Of a DNA stretch of 64,000 nucleotides, positions 52,006 through 64,000 are shown one piece after another (within the stretch, counting starts at the first letter, position 1; every line of letters starts with the position of its first letter). A model generated the notes under the pieces. That model did not search any database. It worked only from the letters and a program-made list of their open reading frames with translations, and was not told the DNA's origin. Both the position numbers and the translations under genes were made by a program. The DNA comes from Lama glama (taxonomy: Eukaryota), in NCBI GenBank assembly GCA_028534125.1, contig CM052816.1, positions 78,494,001 to 78,558,000 of the forward strand, given 5' to 3'.

Positions 52006-53749
52006 TTAGAATAAATGAATAAAAAATAAGAGACCATGCTCACTAAAACAAACTACAGATAAAATTCTAAATTTTAAATGTAAAAACAAAATAGATCCAT
52101 TCAAAAAGTTACAGATTACTTGGGTATATTAATAGAACTCAGGATGTGAACAAACTTTTTAAACAAATATTTTAGAGGAAATCATGGAAAAACAGAGCAC
52201 CCCTTATAATATCAAAGAAACAAAACTTTAATGTCTACCAATTGAATGTTTGTTTTAAAAATGTACATATTTTTTAAAATATGAGATTTTAGGAGAATAA
52301 GCACATAATATGGTATAAAAATCAGACTGTACACATGTATACATGAATATTATAATCCCAATTTTATAATTTAAAAATTGATTAAAAGAAATATAACAAA
52401 ATATTATCTCTGAAAGGTGGGCTTAGAAATCATTTTCTTTCCTATACTTACCTTTTTTTTAATACAAACTTTTTATTATTGACCAGGAACAACCAAGCAA
52501 TTAGGTACATATTTTTAATGTTATTTAAAAATTACACTGAAATATTACTGAGTCCTGACAGACCATTTCATCAAACTTTCATGGAATGAACAATTTCTAT
52601 ATTTATTATTGATTCAGAACTTAAAATGATTAAGTCTATCTTGTTCATTTTTCTTAGACTAATAGAATGGAGACTAAAATATGGCAAAAATTTCTTAAAA
52701 TGCAAACTAAAGGAAAACATCAATTAAACACTAAAAATCTCAAGTCAATAGTAATTTACAGAATCCACCATAACAACTGTGTTCATAACAGAACTGCAAA
52801 GATATGAACTTATTAATATAAAATATAATACATCATAGCAATCAGTTAAGTTAGAAAATATGTAGGATCATATCAACAGATGCATAAAAGTTGTTCAACA
52901 TCCATCCCATGCAAAATCACCTGGAAAGCAAGTCAGCAGGGATGGAAAATTATTCAATAAGTGGTGCTGTGAAAATTGAATATTTGGAAAGAATCTATTT
53001 AGTGTCTTTGACTCATCTCCACATACCAAATTCTACCTACTTTTTGGGTAGAGTTAAAAATCAAGCAATACAAATCTTGAAGAAAACAATGGGATTTATG
53101 CCAAATATTTGAATGGGGAAGGATTTCAAAGTTTTATAAAAAATTTGAAAAAGTTTAAAAAGAAAATATGGATAAATTAAATTATAATATTCATAGTCAC
53201 AGGCCAAAAAAATCCAACATTTTTGGGGTTAATGATCAAATATAATCTAAATTCTAGATAGAAAATTTATCCTAGTGGTATAAGCTAAGCAGACTTTTAT
53301 AAGTGATAAATCAGAGACTTTCTTCATTTGTTCCTTGGTAGTTTGTGCAGGACTTAACACATAAATAGCAATATATTCTTGATATATCTACTCTTTTTAA
53401 AAATGTATCTTTCCCCTCAACTACTCTTGTAGTTTCATTAGTAACATGGTGCCTGGCTAGGCATTCTATAAATGTTTGTTGAATGATAGACTCCCAAATA
53501 ATCATATTTCAATAAAAAATTATGAGTTTCTGGGTTTTTGTTTTTTTTTACCCTTCTTATATGCCATCAACGCAAGAAATATCCTATAGCTTGGAATAAA
53601 ATCTAGGGAGAAAAATCATAGACTGTAATTTGGGATAAGACTTACTAAATTACACATTTGGGGAAACCACTTTCTTGTGAACAGGTTGACGATATGTTAT
53701 TGCCTGTATCTAATCTATTTTAACATGAATTACTTAGACTGAGTCACTC

Positions 53750-53960
53750 TACCACTATTTCCCAAATTATTTCACAGAACGTTAGTCCTGCAAAATGATC
53801 CAGAAATAAAGAATTCTTTGGCTATATTTCCCTCTTGAAGATTTGTCATGCATATCCACATATCGAATGTTCTGAAAAGTTCCTCAATAAAGAAATCTGT
53901 TAAATTTAGTGTTTTTGATCATAAAACCTTGTTATTATATAACCTCTATTAATATCTTAA
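53750..53960. mobile_element. hAT-Charlie (MER112-like) relic
   Basis: cactatttcccaaa...acagaacgttagtcctgcaaaatg...ctgaaaagttcctcaataaagaaatctgttaaatttagtgttt. Confidence 0.5.
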
Positions 53961-54429
53961 ATATTAAGTTATTTTTCTGTGTAAAACCACATGGAGTGAA
54001 TAGACATTGTTCAAAATTTGTTTTTCAACTAAACCAAATAGGCCCACATCATTAAAACAGACCCAATTCTCTTAACTACATGTTGTTTGAGCTTATGGGG
54101 TTTTGTTATATAAATAAGTTTGTTATATAAGTCAACATATATTAACATTTACCTCTATGTTTTCAATACTTTTCACAATTTAAACTTCAAGTGTTAAAAC
54201 TAATCTGTGCAAATACAAGTGATTTACTCAGGTAAAATCAATAAGATTTTTAAAAATTTGAAGTGGCAGGATTTATATGGAGAAAGAAATAGAATATTGC
54301 AAGAACGGGTCCATTTTTAGCCTATTTTCATAAAATAGAAGCAAATACTACATCCTAAAAATGTTATATTTTATGTCTATCCTTTGTTATTAATTTGACA
54401 TTTCATTTCTATGTGAAATAGAGAATTTC

Positions 54430-54670
54430 ATCAAGCACAGACTTTAAAAATTTAGATTTAAATAAGTAATTGATAGGACTTGAGATAATCACTTAACACT
54501 TTTTGATAAGTTACTTAACTCTCTAAACCCCTGTTTTCTCATCTATAAATTAGAAGTTATAGTTATGGCTAACTCAAATGGCTAAGGGTAAGAATTAAAG
54601 GAGATAATACTTGCAAAGTTTTAACACAATGCCTGGCCCATAATCAATTCTAAATAAAGGTTTGTGACTA
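54430..54670 (+). mobile_element. MIR
   Basis: aagttacttaactctctaaacccctgttttctcatctataaa...agaattaaaggagataata...acacaatgcctggcccata. Confidence 0.78.
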
Positions 54671-55495
54671 TTGGGCTATCTCAAGTTTTCATTCTAACTC
54701 TGATATAAGGCAAATTACCCAAAATAATCCAGGGTTTGTATTTTTGAAATACTATCTAGCTCATAGGACTGATGTAAATATTTTGCAATGAAAAAACAAT
54801 ATTTAAAAAAATCTTAGATACCACTTGAGAATTCAAAAACCACTTTCCCTCTTTAACTTCTCCTCTCCTCCAAAAAAAAAAAGATTAGTAGTTAACTTTT
54901 CACAGATTTTTCTGAACCTTTCCATGTTACTAAAATTATACACCAAGAGACATCTTTGGCTCTACTATGAAATGAATATGCTGTGCCTAAGATGCTATAA
55001 CATTATACCAATTTCACTGATAAACTATTTGAAAATGATTGACTCAAGTCACAGAATTTATGGAAAAGGCAAAAAGAAGCTGTGCACATCGTAATACTCA
55101 ACTCATCACCATGTGAAATAAAAGCTCAGACTATATATGGCTACTTACACCCAAGTTGTCACAGAGATAGTATATGTGCTACAGCATTCTTCATTATTGC
55201 TTGTTATATGCTCTAGAGAAAAAAGATTACTAATATTCTTCACTTAGTTGGTTTAAAAGAAAGGATTAATAATCCTTTGCACATCTTTGACTTTGCTTTG
55301 GTTAAAGCAAATGACAAAATAGTGTAATTACTATATGCTGTTGTGGGAAAGCAGTCTGAATCCCAACATCTACATTTTATTTTGGCTTTCCCACCAACTA
55401 GTAATCTGACCATTTAAAATTAATCTTTCTGGTTAAATTGTTTCCACTTAAAATGAGAATGACAATCTAAGTAACTGCTGAAGTCCTTTACGTAG

Positions 55496-55725
55496 AGGCA
55501 GCATGATACTGTGGGAAAAGCCGAGATTTAGGAATCAGATCTGGGCTTCCATCCTTATGCTATAATTTCTACTAGTTCTGTGTCTTCCAGCAAATTAACT
55601 TCCCCCAGTGAAATTTCATTGTTGTTTGTTTGTTTTTTTTTTTTCTTTCAGAGTGAACAGTAAATGAGATAAAGCATGTAATGTCCCAGGTAGATGCACA
55701 GGTAGGTACTGAATAAAACTTAGTA
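55496..55725 (+). mobile_element. MIR (with internal T-rich tract)
   Basis: ggcagcatgatactgtgggaaaag...ggaatcagatctggg...taaatgagataaagcatgtaa. Confidence 0.7.
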
Positions 55726-56989
55726 TCTCCCTGTGAAACCTGCATTTCCCTTGTTCCTTGTAGAAACCTCGACTTTTTGGGGGGCAGGGGATACTGGCTT
55801 CAGCTAATAACCAAAAATCTGGGCACGTGGATGTTTTTCTACTTATTTGCAATATTAAAAGACATAAAAATCAAATTATATTGCATTTAATTACACATTT
55901 AAAAAGCAACCTTCGTTGAAAAAGATACATTTACGTAAATCCAGGGCTGTCCTTATAAATCAAAGATGTATGGTTTTCCCCTACTACTGTATACAGCCTC
56001 CTCCTCAGAAGTCTAAAATATTTCGAGCGTAAAGTTTAAATTCAGGTTCTATTTATAGTGTTGGAGCACATCCCACGTGCACTCCCAGCCCTGACCTTCT
56101 GTACACCTGAGGGACGAGGTCCAGAACTCAGCATTTCTATTAACTGTTGATAGTTTGTGGAGAATTCACGAAAAGGGTCAGAGAAGTGCTTGTATTTCTG
56201 GAAGCAGACACACTAACAAGACCTTGGTGTTATTAGAGAGTTATCTAAATAGTAAAAAGGAGGAAAAGACTGAAGTCACTTACCTGAGCGGGAAGCTTCG
56301 GATTAAACCATTTCTCCTAGCAAGTTCTTATTTGAGAGAGAAAGAGGATACCAACTTTAATTTTTCACCTCAGATTCACTTATTTTATTGCACAGGTTTG
56401 TTTGGTGTAATTTATTTTATTGATTTCATTGGTGATAGCGAAGTTCTTTATACTAAACATAGGGCCAAGTAAGTTATATTTCTAAGAAAACCCCCCCCCA
56501 ACGCTCCGGGACAATGGAAGCGTCCACGGGCTGTCGTTGTGGACCACGCTCAGCTCAGCAAGTGGCTCCGCGTGCGGCTCGCTGGTTGTATGTGACTCTG
56601 GCTGTGTGTGAGGCTGTGTGGGTGGCTCTGTGTGTGCACTGGGAGAAGGAGAGCAAAGGGGTGTAAATTATAGTGAAGCAAAAACAATTTTCTTATTTAA
56701 AGATTAACTCATTCTAATGGAGACTTTTTAAAATATAAATAATGAAAAAAGGGAGGAAAATATTCAAAAAGAAATCATAATGGCATTACGATACTCCAGC
56801 TACAGTAAACTGGTTTTATTTTTACTAGTTACATAATTAACGATGATATGAATTAAGTGGATTTCCATGAATAATTTTCTAAATGTAAATCATTCCTAAA
56901 TATAAAGTATAAATTTCATAATATAAAGCACATAGAGTTTAAAGTTGGTGAAAAATAAAACGAAGTTTATTTTTCCGAATGAGAATAGC

Positions 56990-58090
56990 TCTATATTTTT
57001 CTGACTTTAATTATAATACATGATCTTTGTTTAAAAAGTCAAAACAATACACAAAGGCATAAGAGAAGAAAGTAAAATCACCTGAAATGTCACCAGCCAG
57101 AGATAAGCACTACTAAAATTTTATTCAGTAATTCCCTAGTCATCTTATAATACACACACACACATATACACACAGTTACACATAATTTTGTATAACTGGA
57201 CATTTCATATGTATACTGTATGTAGCTTTCTAATGAAATAATATGTTTTGAGTATGTTCTTATGTCAGAATTTTTTATGACTGGGTAGTATGGTTGAACA
57301 ATAATTTGCTTAATCAACCCCTGTTAAAAGATAATTAGATTGTTCCCATTTTTATAGCATATAAATAACTATGGAGAATATCCCTATGTATAATCTTTGA
57401 GTACTTGTTTGGTAATCTCCTTAAGGTAAATTTCCTAAGTGGAATTGCTAGAGAAAAAAATTATATCCATTTAAAACTTTAGTTCATATTTTCAGTCATT
57501 CCTCCAGAAATATGATGCCTTTACAATTCCATAAATTACAAAAGAATATCTATTTCTCAATATTACCAATATCACTATTATAAATTCTTTTAAACTCTGA
57601 AAATCCATCAAGTCTGTCTTTCTTTCCATTTCTTTTATTATTAAACTGAATATCTTTTCTTATATGTATTACCATTTTCATTTCATCTTCTGACACTTTT
57701 TGTGTCATTTATATATTTTTGTATTGTAGCAACCATCTATCTTAAGAACTCTGTACATTATGAACCTTAACCTTTTGTTTATATTAACAAATATACACAT
57801 GCTTTTCTAAGTTATTTGCATTATAATTCCACCTATGATGAAAAAATAATAAAAGTGGAATTGTTGGGTCAAAGAATATAAACATGTATTTAGCTCTTGT
57901 TCTTTAGTACTATATTTTTCCACAAATGGACAATACTACGAAAATTGTGTTTTCATTCCATTTCAACTTTAATAGTATTGAGTATTATTAATAGTTATTT
58001 TAGTTAATTTACTAAGCATAAAAGGGAAGTGTTTTGTAGTTTTAAATTCATATTTCTTTGATTTTCTCACATGTCTTGGCTATTTTCTTT
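56990..58090 (-). mobile_element. Highly diverged L1ME-like fragments
   Basis: tagattgttcccatt...taaatttcctaagtggaattgctag...aaaagtggaattgttgggtcaaagaatat motifs in reverse orientation. Confidence 0.6.
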
Positions 58091-59644
58091 AGGGTATATT
58101 TTGTATAAGTTTTTAGAAATCATGATAAAATTTGTTCAGTACCTCTAGAGATTTAAAATAGGTAGGAAAGAACTGGAATAATCCTATTTTTAAAAATAAA
58201 GAAAATTTTTTGATCAGAAAAATAGTAAAAATACAAAGCAATACATTCTATCCTCAATCCCTGATTCATTTTCCATTAATCTTTGTAGGCATTTTACATG
58301 TGTAATCAAATTTAGAATTTTGCCTAAAGTTTTCCATAAATTTCCACATTGCAGCTAGAATGATCTTTTAGAACTGTAAGCTTAACACTGTTCAGTAGAA
58401 GTCTCAACTTCTAAACGTAGCTTTTTAGCCTCACCTGATCCGACCTCTGTCTACTCTTCAGTTTCAGTGACCCTCACTCTTAATCCTGGCCTTCTGTTAT
58501 GTTAGTTCAGGAAATCTCTTGTTATTAGTACCCTGTGCACTGTTCCTTCTGCCTAAAAGCCTTTCCCATATCCTTTTTACCCAGTGTATCTTCATTCTTC
58601 AGAAGGCTCTTAGAATTGTGTAGTTTGGTGAAAGTTGTCAAGGAAGGACATCTAAAAAAATGAAAATTACATGGAGATCACATTAAGAAAAATAAAACAG
58701 AAACATATATACCTCAGGTCTCCCCCCAAAAGCCTCATGCAAATGAGGGGTCCTGAAATTTAACTTTTCACAGTAAATCCCCCTCTAGGTGTAGTACCTT
58801 CTTTACCTCTATTACAGGGTCATGGGGATCAAAAGAGATAACATATCTGGGAACAGACTGAAATTTGAAGCAGTACCCAACAGTTATTACTTTTCTTAAT
58901 ATGTTTCTTTTTCTAGGGCCAACAACAATAACAAACATTCAATCTCAATCAATTGACAAATTTTACCTAGGTTGACAACGCTAACCATTTGTTCATTTAA
59001 TTTATGGGCCACTCTACTCCTTAGGGGATGTTGGCCCGTCTATACTGTGCACAAGTTGGCTCCAACAACATGTTTTGCTTGAGTTAATAGATTTTTTCTT
59101 AAGGCTAGTAGTTGCGCTTAAAAACACATATTTTGATGGGCTTGTGACATCCTCCAATAAAAGTAGTTAAATGATTATATATAAGAAGTATCAGTAAAAC
59201 TAATTTTCTGGTCCTTGATAGATATTTGTTACTATGTTAGATATTCACTACAACATGCACTTGTAAAAAGAGATTAAGCTGATAAGTGATAGAGAAGATG
59301 GGCCCTTCAAGCAGTGGGCTGAGCAAAGGGCAAGGAGACAAGTTCTTGGAGGGGAGATAGAAAAGGATGAAGGCAAAACTCCATCTACTTTGCAGTTTGT
59401 ATTTAGACTAGCCTGGGACCAAAAGGCATAATGCTGAACATCATTTTTCTATACTGTTATGAGACATTTTCATTATTTTACTTTTATGTTGCTTTAATTA
59501 AATGCAAATGAAAGTTAACTCTAAGTATTTTGTAGTTCAAAGTAAAATGAATCTGTAGTGGGCGTTCATCTTGAGAATTTATAAATATTTAAATATACAT
59601 TATGCCTATGATTCCAAAAATTTATTTTCAAAGCATTTCTTGTG

Positions 59645-60732
59645 GTTATTCATTTACTCACTTAACAAATATCTATTAAATACCTAGCCAATATTTATTG
59701 AGGAATCATTTTAAATGCTAAAGATGCAGTGGTGAGCAAGAAAGAACTTATATTCTAGTGGGTGAAACCAGTCAATAAATAAAAGAACAGATAAACAATG
59801 AATATATATGTGTGATAAGTGCTGTCATGAAAAATAAAGAGGAGGGAGAATGATAGCAGATGGTCAGGGGAAGGTCTGTCTGTGGAGACAGGATTTGAGG
59901 AGAGACATGAATGAAATGAGAGGTGAGCCATTTGAGTGTCTGGGGAACAGTTTTTCAAGCAGAAGGAAAACAAGAGGAAAGATGAGTAAGATGTACAAGA
60001 TGAGTAAGAACTTGGCATGTTTCAGGAATAGCAAAAAATCTGTTTTGTTTCTGAAAGAGTGGAGTTTCTGAAGGAGTGAACCAAATGGCAAATCCCTGTT
60101 CTCCTGGAACTTACATCATACCAGGAGAAAAGAGACAAATAAAATGAATAAACCATCACAGAAGTATATGTTGGGTCCTGCTATGAAGGAATGATCAGAT
60201 CAGGAGAAGGGGGAAGAGAAAAAAATGAGTGCTATCTTGGATGGTGGAGAGAGAAGGCTCCTTTGAGGAGGTAACATTTGAGCAGAACCTTCAGTGAAGA
60301 AGGGGAATGAATCACATAGATGTCTAGGGAAGAGTGAAACAGGCAGTGCAAAGGCCCTGAGATGCTTGGAGAAAAGCAAGGAGTGTGAAGGACAGTTTGC
60401 AAGGAAGAAAATGGTAGGAGATGAGGTTGGATTTGTAGCCAGAGTCAGAATTGCTTGGGGCTTGTAAGTCTTTAGATTTATTGTCAGTGAGACGTGGTGC
60501 AACTAAATAGCTAGGAGCTGAGGAGTATCACGACATGACTTACGTTTAAGAAGGATCACTCCATCTACTGTGTTTAGGGCACAAGGGTTGAAGCAAGGAG
60601 ATTTACTTGGGTAGTCAAGTTGAGAGGTATAAAGGTGTTTGGCTTAGTGGAGGTGGAGGAAAGATGTCAGAGTCTGGATATATTTTGAAGGTAGAGCTGA
60701 CAGGATTTGAGAATGCATTAGCTGTGGGGCTC
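59645..60732 (-). mobile_element. Two tandem LINE-2 fragments
   Basis: ttcatttactcacttaacaaatat...ggtcaggggaaggtct; a second copy from ~60085 (caaatccctgttctcctggaacttacat) to tggatatattttgaaggtagagctgacagga. Confidence 0.78.
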
Positions 60733-61829
60733 AAGAAAATAAGTACCAGTTGGAAGGCATGTGAAAAAAAATCCTGACAGAATTATGTATTTATAAATGT
60801 AATTCAGTTTGAAATGCTTACATTTTAATTATTCGAAGATGTTGTTAATAACATAAATATAGATTTGATGAATCCATTCAACTAAGTTCCTCTAAAGATG
60901 TGAAGGTTTGATTGAAAAGTGAAAAATAATTCTCTTGTTTTGGCTTTTACTTAGCATTTGGCCATATGAATAACACTCAAAACTAAACCACTTGGCAACA
61001 AATTCACCAAATACTTGTTGAGCTTGGTTGGCACTGTACCATAAACTGAGGATGCACGATCAATAAATACCAATCTGGAATCATCTTTAACTTTCAAAAT
61101 TACTATTTTTTAGGTATGTACTCTGACATTAATATCTGTGACATAGTATGTAATATCACAGTGTACTTTTACAAATTAAAAATGTTTCCTATTATAATGC
61201 TGATGGGAAATAGGACTTCCTTATAGTCAAAGAAGTTTTTGCATACATTTGATTCAAGCTAATGATGCCTAATTTAGGTTTCTTCAGTGACAAGATAGAA
61301 ATACTATTTGAAAGTAATTCACTAGTATATAACTTTAATTTTAATGCCTATCTTGGTAACCTTCTTAACTCATCCAATAAATATCACACCATGTCTTAGA
61401 ACGACATCTCTTTAATACTAAAGTATTTTTAAAGAAGTATTTCCTCACTTTTTTTTCATAATGTCTACAGTATCGTTGCTGGCTCTCTTTTTCTAACAGT
61501 GATATGATAGCTCAGTGACTGCTTTTGTTAGCGCCATTTAACTAATTGTTATGATAAACTCAAGTCCAATTTCAGCTTGTTTTACCAAATTACAAAGATA
61601 AGGTAACATATTTCTAATAGAATGATTTTCTTATTCCTTTATTCTTGTTGTTGGTCTGTACTAATCAACAAAGAATTGTTTTCTGACAATGATTCAGGGA
61701 GAAAAAGACAGTTGTAGGTTTATAATGTATGCCAGTCAGGCTTCTGATTGATACTTACTGCATTGTTCTTATATATATTTTAGGACCAATTAATATTGGG
61801 AAAGTGTTCAAATCAAGATAATGCAAGAT

Positions 61830-62072
61830 AATGATTCTATGTACTTTACAATATATCCTTGTTGCTTATGAATTTTATACATGGTAGTTTGTATCTCTTA
61901 ATCTCATATCCCTAATTTTCTCTCCCGCTTCCTTCTTCCCTTTGGTAACCACTAGTTTGTTTTCTATATCTGTGAGTGTGTTTCTATTTTGTATATCTGT
62001 GAGTGTGTTTCTGTTTTATATATTCATTTTTACTATTTTTTAGATTTCACATATAAGTGATATCATTCAGTA
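61830..62072 (-). mobile_element. Artiodactyl LINE-1 3' UTR fragment
   Basis: ccctttggtaaccactagtttgttttctatatctgtgagt...tttagatttcacatataagtgatatcat is the reverse complement of the L1 3' UTR. Confidence 0.85.
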
Positions 62073-62772
62073 GAGACATAACCTTTCTAAAGGCATGTGT
62101 TATATATTTGTAAAATGTAGTGGAGTAAATTTTTTTCAAGCCAACATGAATGAAAGTCATACTTTTTCTGTTGTGTTGTTGAGAAACATTAAGTGATAGT
62201 CTAATATTTCATGAATAATTATTTACACCGTGCTCTTTTGGTGAAAGAAATCACGTATAAATGCCTTCCTTTTCTGTAGATGTACTAACTCATAAATACA
62301 GCAGTTTTCCCTCCTATTGTCTAAATGCATTGTACATAGCTAAATGGCAAACTTTTAAGACCTAAATCATCAATCTGCCTTAAATAACATTTGTAGAATG
62401 AAATAGGGTATAAATAAATATAAATAAATAAAATAATACTAAATGTAATTTGTGTCTTTGTAATTAGCTGTATAACTTTTATAATTAACTAGCCAAAATA
62501 AACATTTTTTGTATTTAGCTTAATAACCTGCACTGTACTGCCTTCCTATTTTTGTTTCCTTTTTACTACGTGACATGTTTTAAAAAATGTATTAATAAAA
62601 ATATTGGTTTGTTTATGATTCATTTTTCTATAATCCACTAAAGTGTCATCTACTTTCAGTAACTAGAAAAAATAGCAATATTTACTCTAAAACAATGCTA
62701 TTTTTCAAATAACTGTGTTCAAATACCTATTTTTCAAACTGCTCTGTTTCAAAATGCTACGTTTGGTTTAGC

Positions 62773-63260
62773 TGTGGAGGGCAGAATACTGCACCCAGCC
62801 TCCCAAAGTCTTGCCCTAATCGCAGGCTTTGCAGATGTGATCAAAAGTATGACCCTTGAGATGAGAAGATGATTCTGGGTTATCCTCGTAAACCGAATCT
62901 AATCATGTGAGCCCTTAAAATTGGAGACCTTTTCCTGACTGTGATCAAAGAGAGTCCCCAACAGAAGAAGGGTCAGACAGGTTTGATGTGAGAAGAACTC
63001 ATATCAATCCACTGTTGCTGGCTTTGACAATGGAAGAAGTGAGCCATGAACCGAGGAATGCGGGCAGCCTCCAGAAGCTGGAAGAAAGGGAACAGATTCT
63101 CCCCCTAGAGCCTCTAAAAAGAAATGAAATGAAATACAGTTCTGATACTTGATTTTGACCGCCTTGAGACCCATCCCAGAACTGTAAGATGATATATTTG
63201 TGTGGTTTTAAGTCACTAAATTTGTGATAATTTGTTATGGCAGCAGTAGAAAACTAAAAC
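62773..63260 (+). mobile_element. MaLR solo LTR (MLT1D-like)
   Basis: tgtggagggcagaat...ctttgcagatgtgat...aggaatgcgggcagcctccagaagctgga...taatttgttatggcagcagtagaaaactaa. Confidence 0.88.
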
Positions 63261-63659
63261 TGTTTCTCCAACCCAAGGGTTGAAGAAGGGACCTCTGATT
63301 GTGATGGAAAGGCCTGAGGAAGGCCACAGGCCCACCTATGATCTTCCCATTTCCTGCTTGCATTTACTTGTCCCTTCAACAATGTAACTTTTTATCTGCT
63401 TTACAATGTCATTGACATTCCATGTGAGATTTATTTGGGGCTGGGGTGGGGAGGGAACCACTATTTAAAATTAATACTAATAAATCAATAAAAAATGTTT
63501 AAAAAAATTAATACTATATATATACTTATATATATAGTGTTAATTTAATAATAATATAAGCTAAATAAAAAAATCTATTCATGCATGGATTTATTTATAA
63601 ACATTTATTTAAACAAGCTTTACACATTTTAAAACAATAAATAAATTTTTGTTTCCCTG

Positions 63660-64000
63660 CAGAAGTGGTTATGATTAGTAACAGTTAAGGCTTAGGCTTT
63701 AGCACTATACTGACTTGGATTTAAAATACAGCTCTGACACTGACCAGATGTAAAATTCTGAATCTCAATTTGTTCATATCCGAATGATAAACAACAGCAA
63801 TACCTATCATTTGTCGAATGTACTATGCACTCAGCATGTTTTCTGAATTAATCATTTAACCCTCCCAAACTAAGACCAGTAATAAGATGATAAGTACTCT
63901 TATTATCATCATTCTGCAGATGAGGAAACTGAAGAATAGAAGTTAAGTGGCAAAACCTAAGCAATCTGGCTGCAGATCCTGAGATCTTAAACAACTATAC
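63660..64000. mobile_element. Two MIRs in opposite orientation (+ ~63660-63810, - ~63812-64000)
   Basis: acagttaaggcttaggcttta...tctcaatttgttcatat, then tcatttaaccctc...attctgcagatgaggaaactgaag...tcttaaacaactatac. Confidence 0.72.

Overview
This is mammalian genomic DNA, probably camelid, judged from two tRNA-Ala-derived Vic-1-type SINEs. The window is centred on a CpG island (~38.2-40.0 kb) that I recognise from memory as the bidirectional promoter of NIPBL (cohesin loader). The non-coding exon 1 of NIPBL lies on the minus strand (~39060 to the donor at 38636). Positions 1-38635 are NIPBL intron 1. The + strand side should carry the orthologue of the divergent lncRNA NIPBL-DT/NIPBL-AS1, followed by intergenic DNA. 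No protein-coding exon is supported: the long ORFs in the track are GC-rich CpG-island or repeat by-products. The rest is AT-rich DNA with L1, L2, MIR, MaLR LTR, hAT and SINE relics. I found no convincing new biological system. The best leads are regulatory or structural: three uORFs in exon 1, a twin-palindrome element in intron 1, a CTCF plus E-box/ETS module ~5 kb upstream, a CCAAT cluster, an orphan CpG patch with a perfect splice donor ~17 kb upstream, and retro-insertions with extra 3' sequence inside their TSDs. Repeat subfamily names and most repeat boundaries are by-eye estimates.
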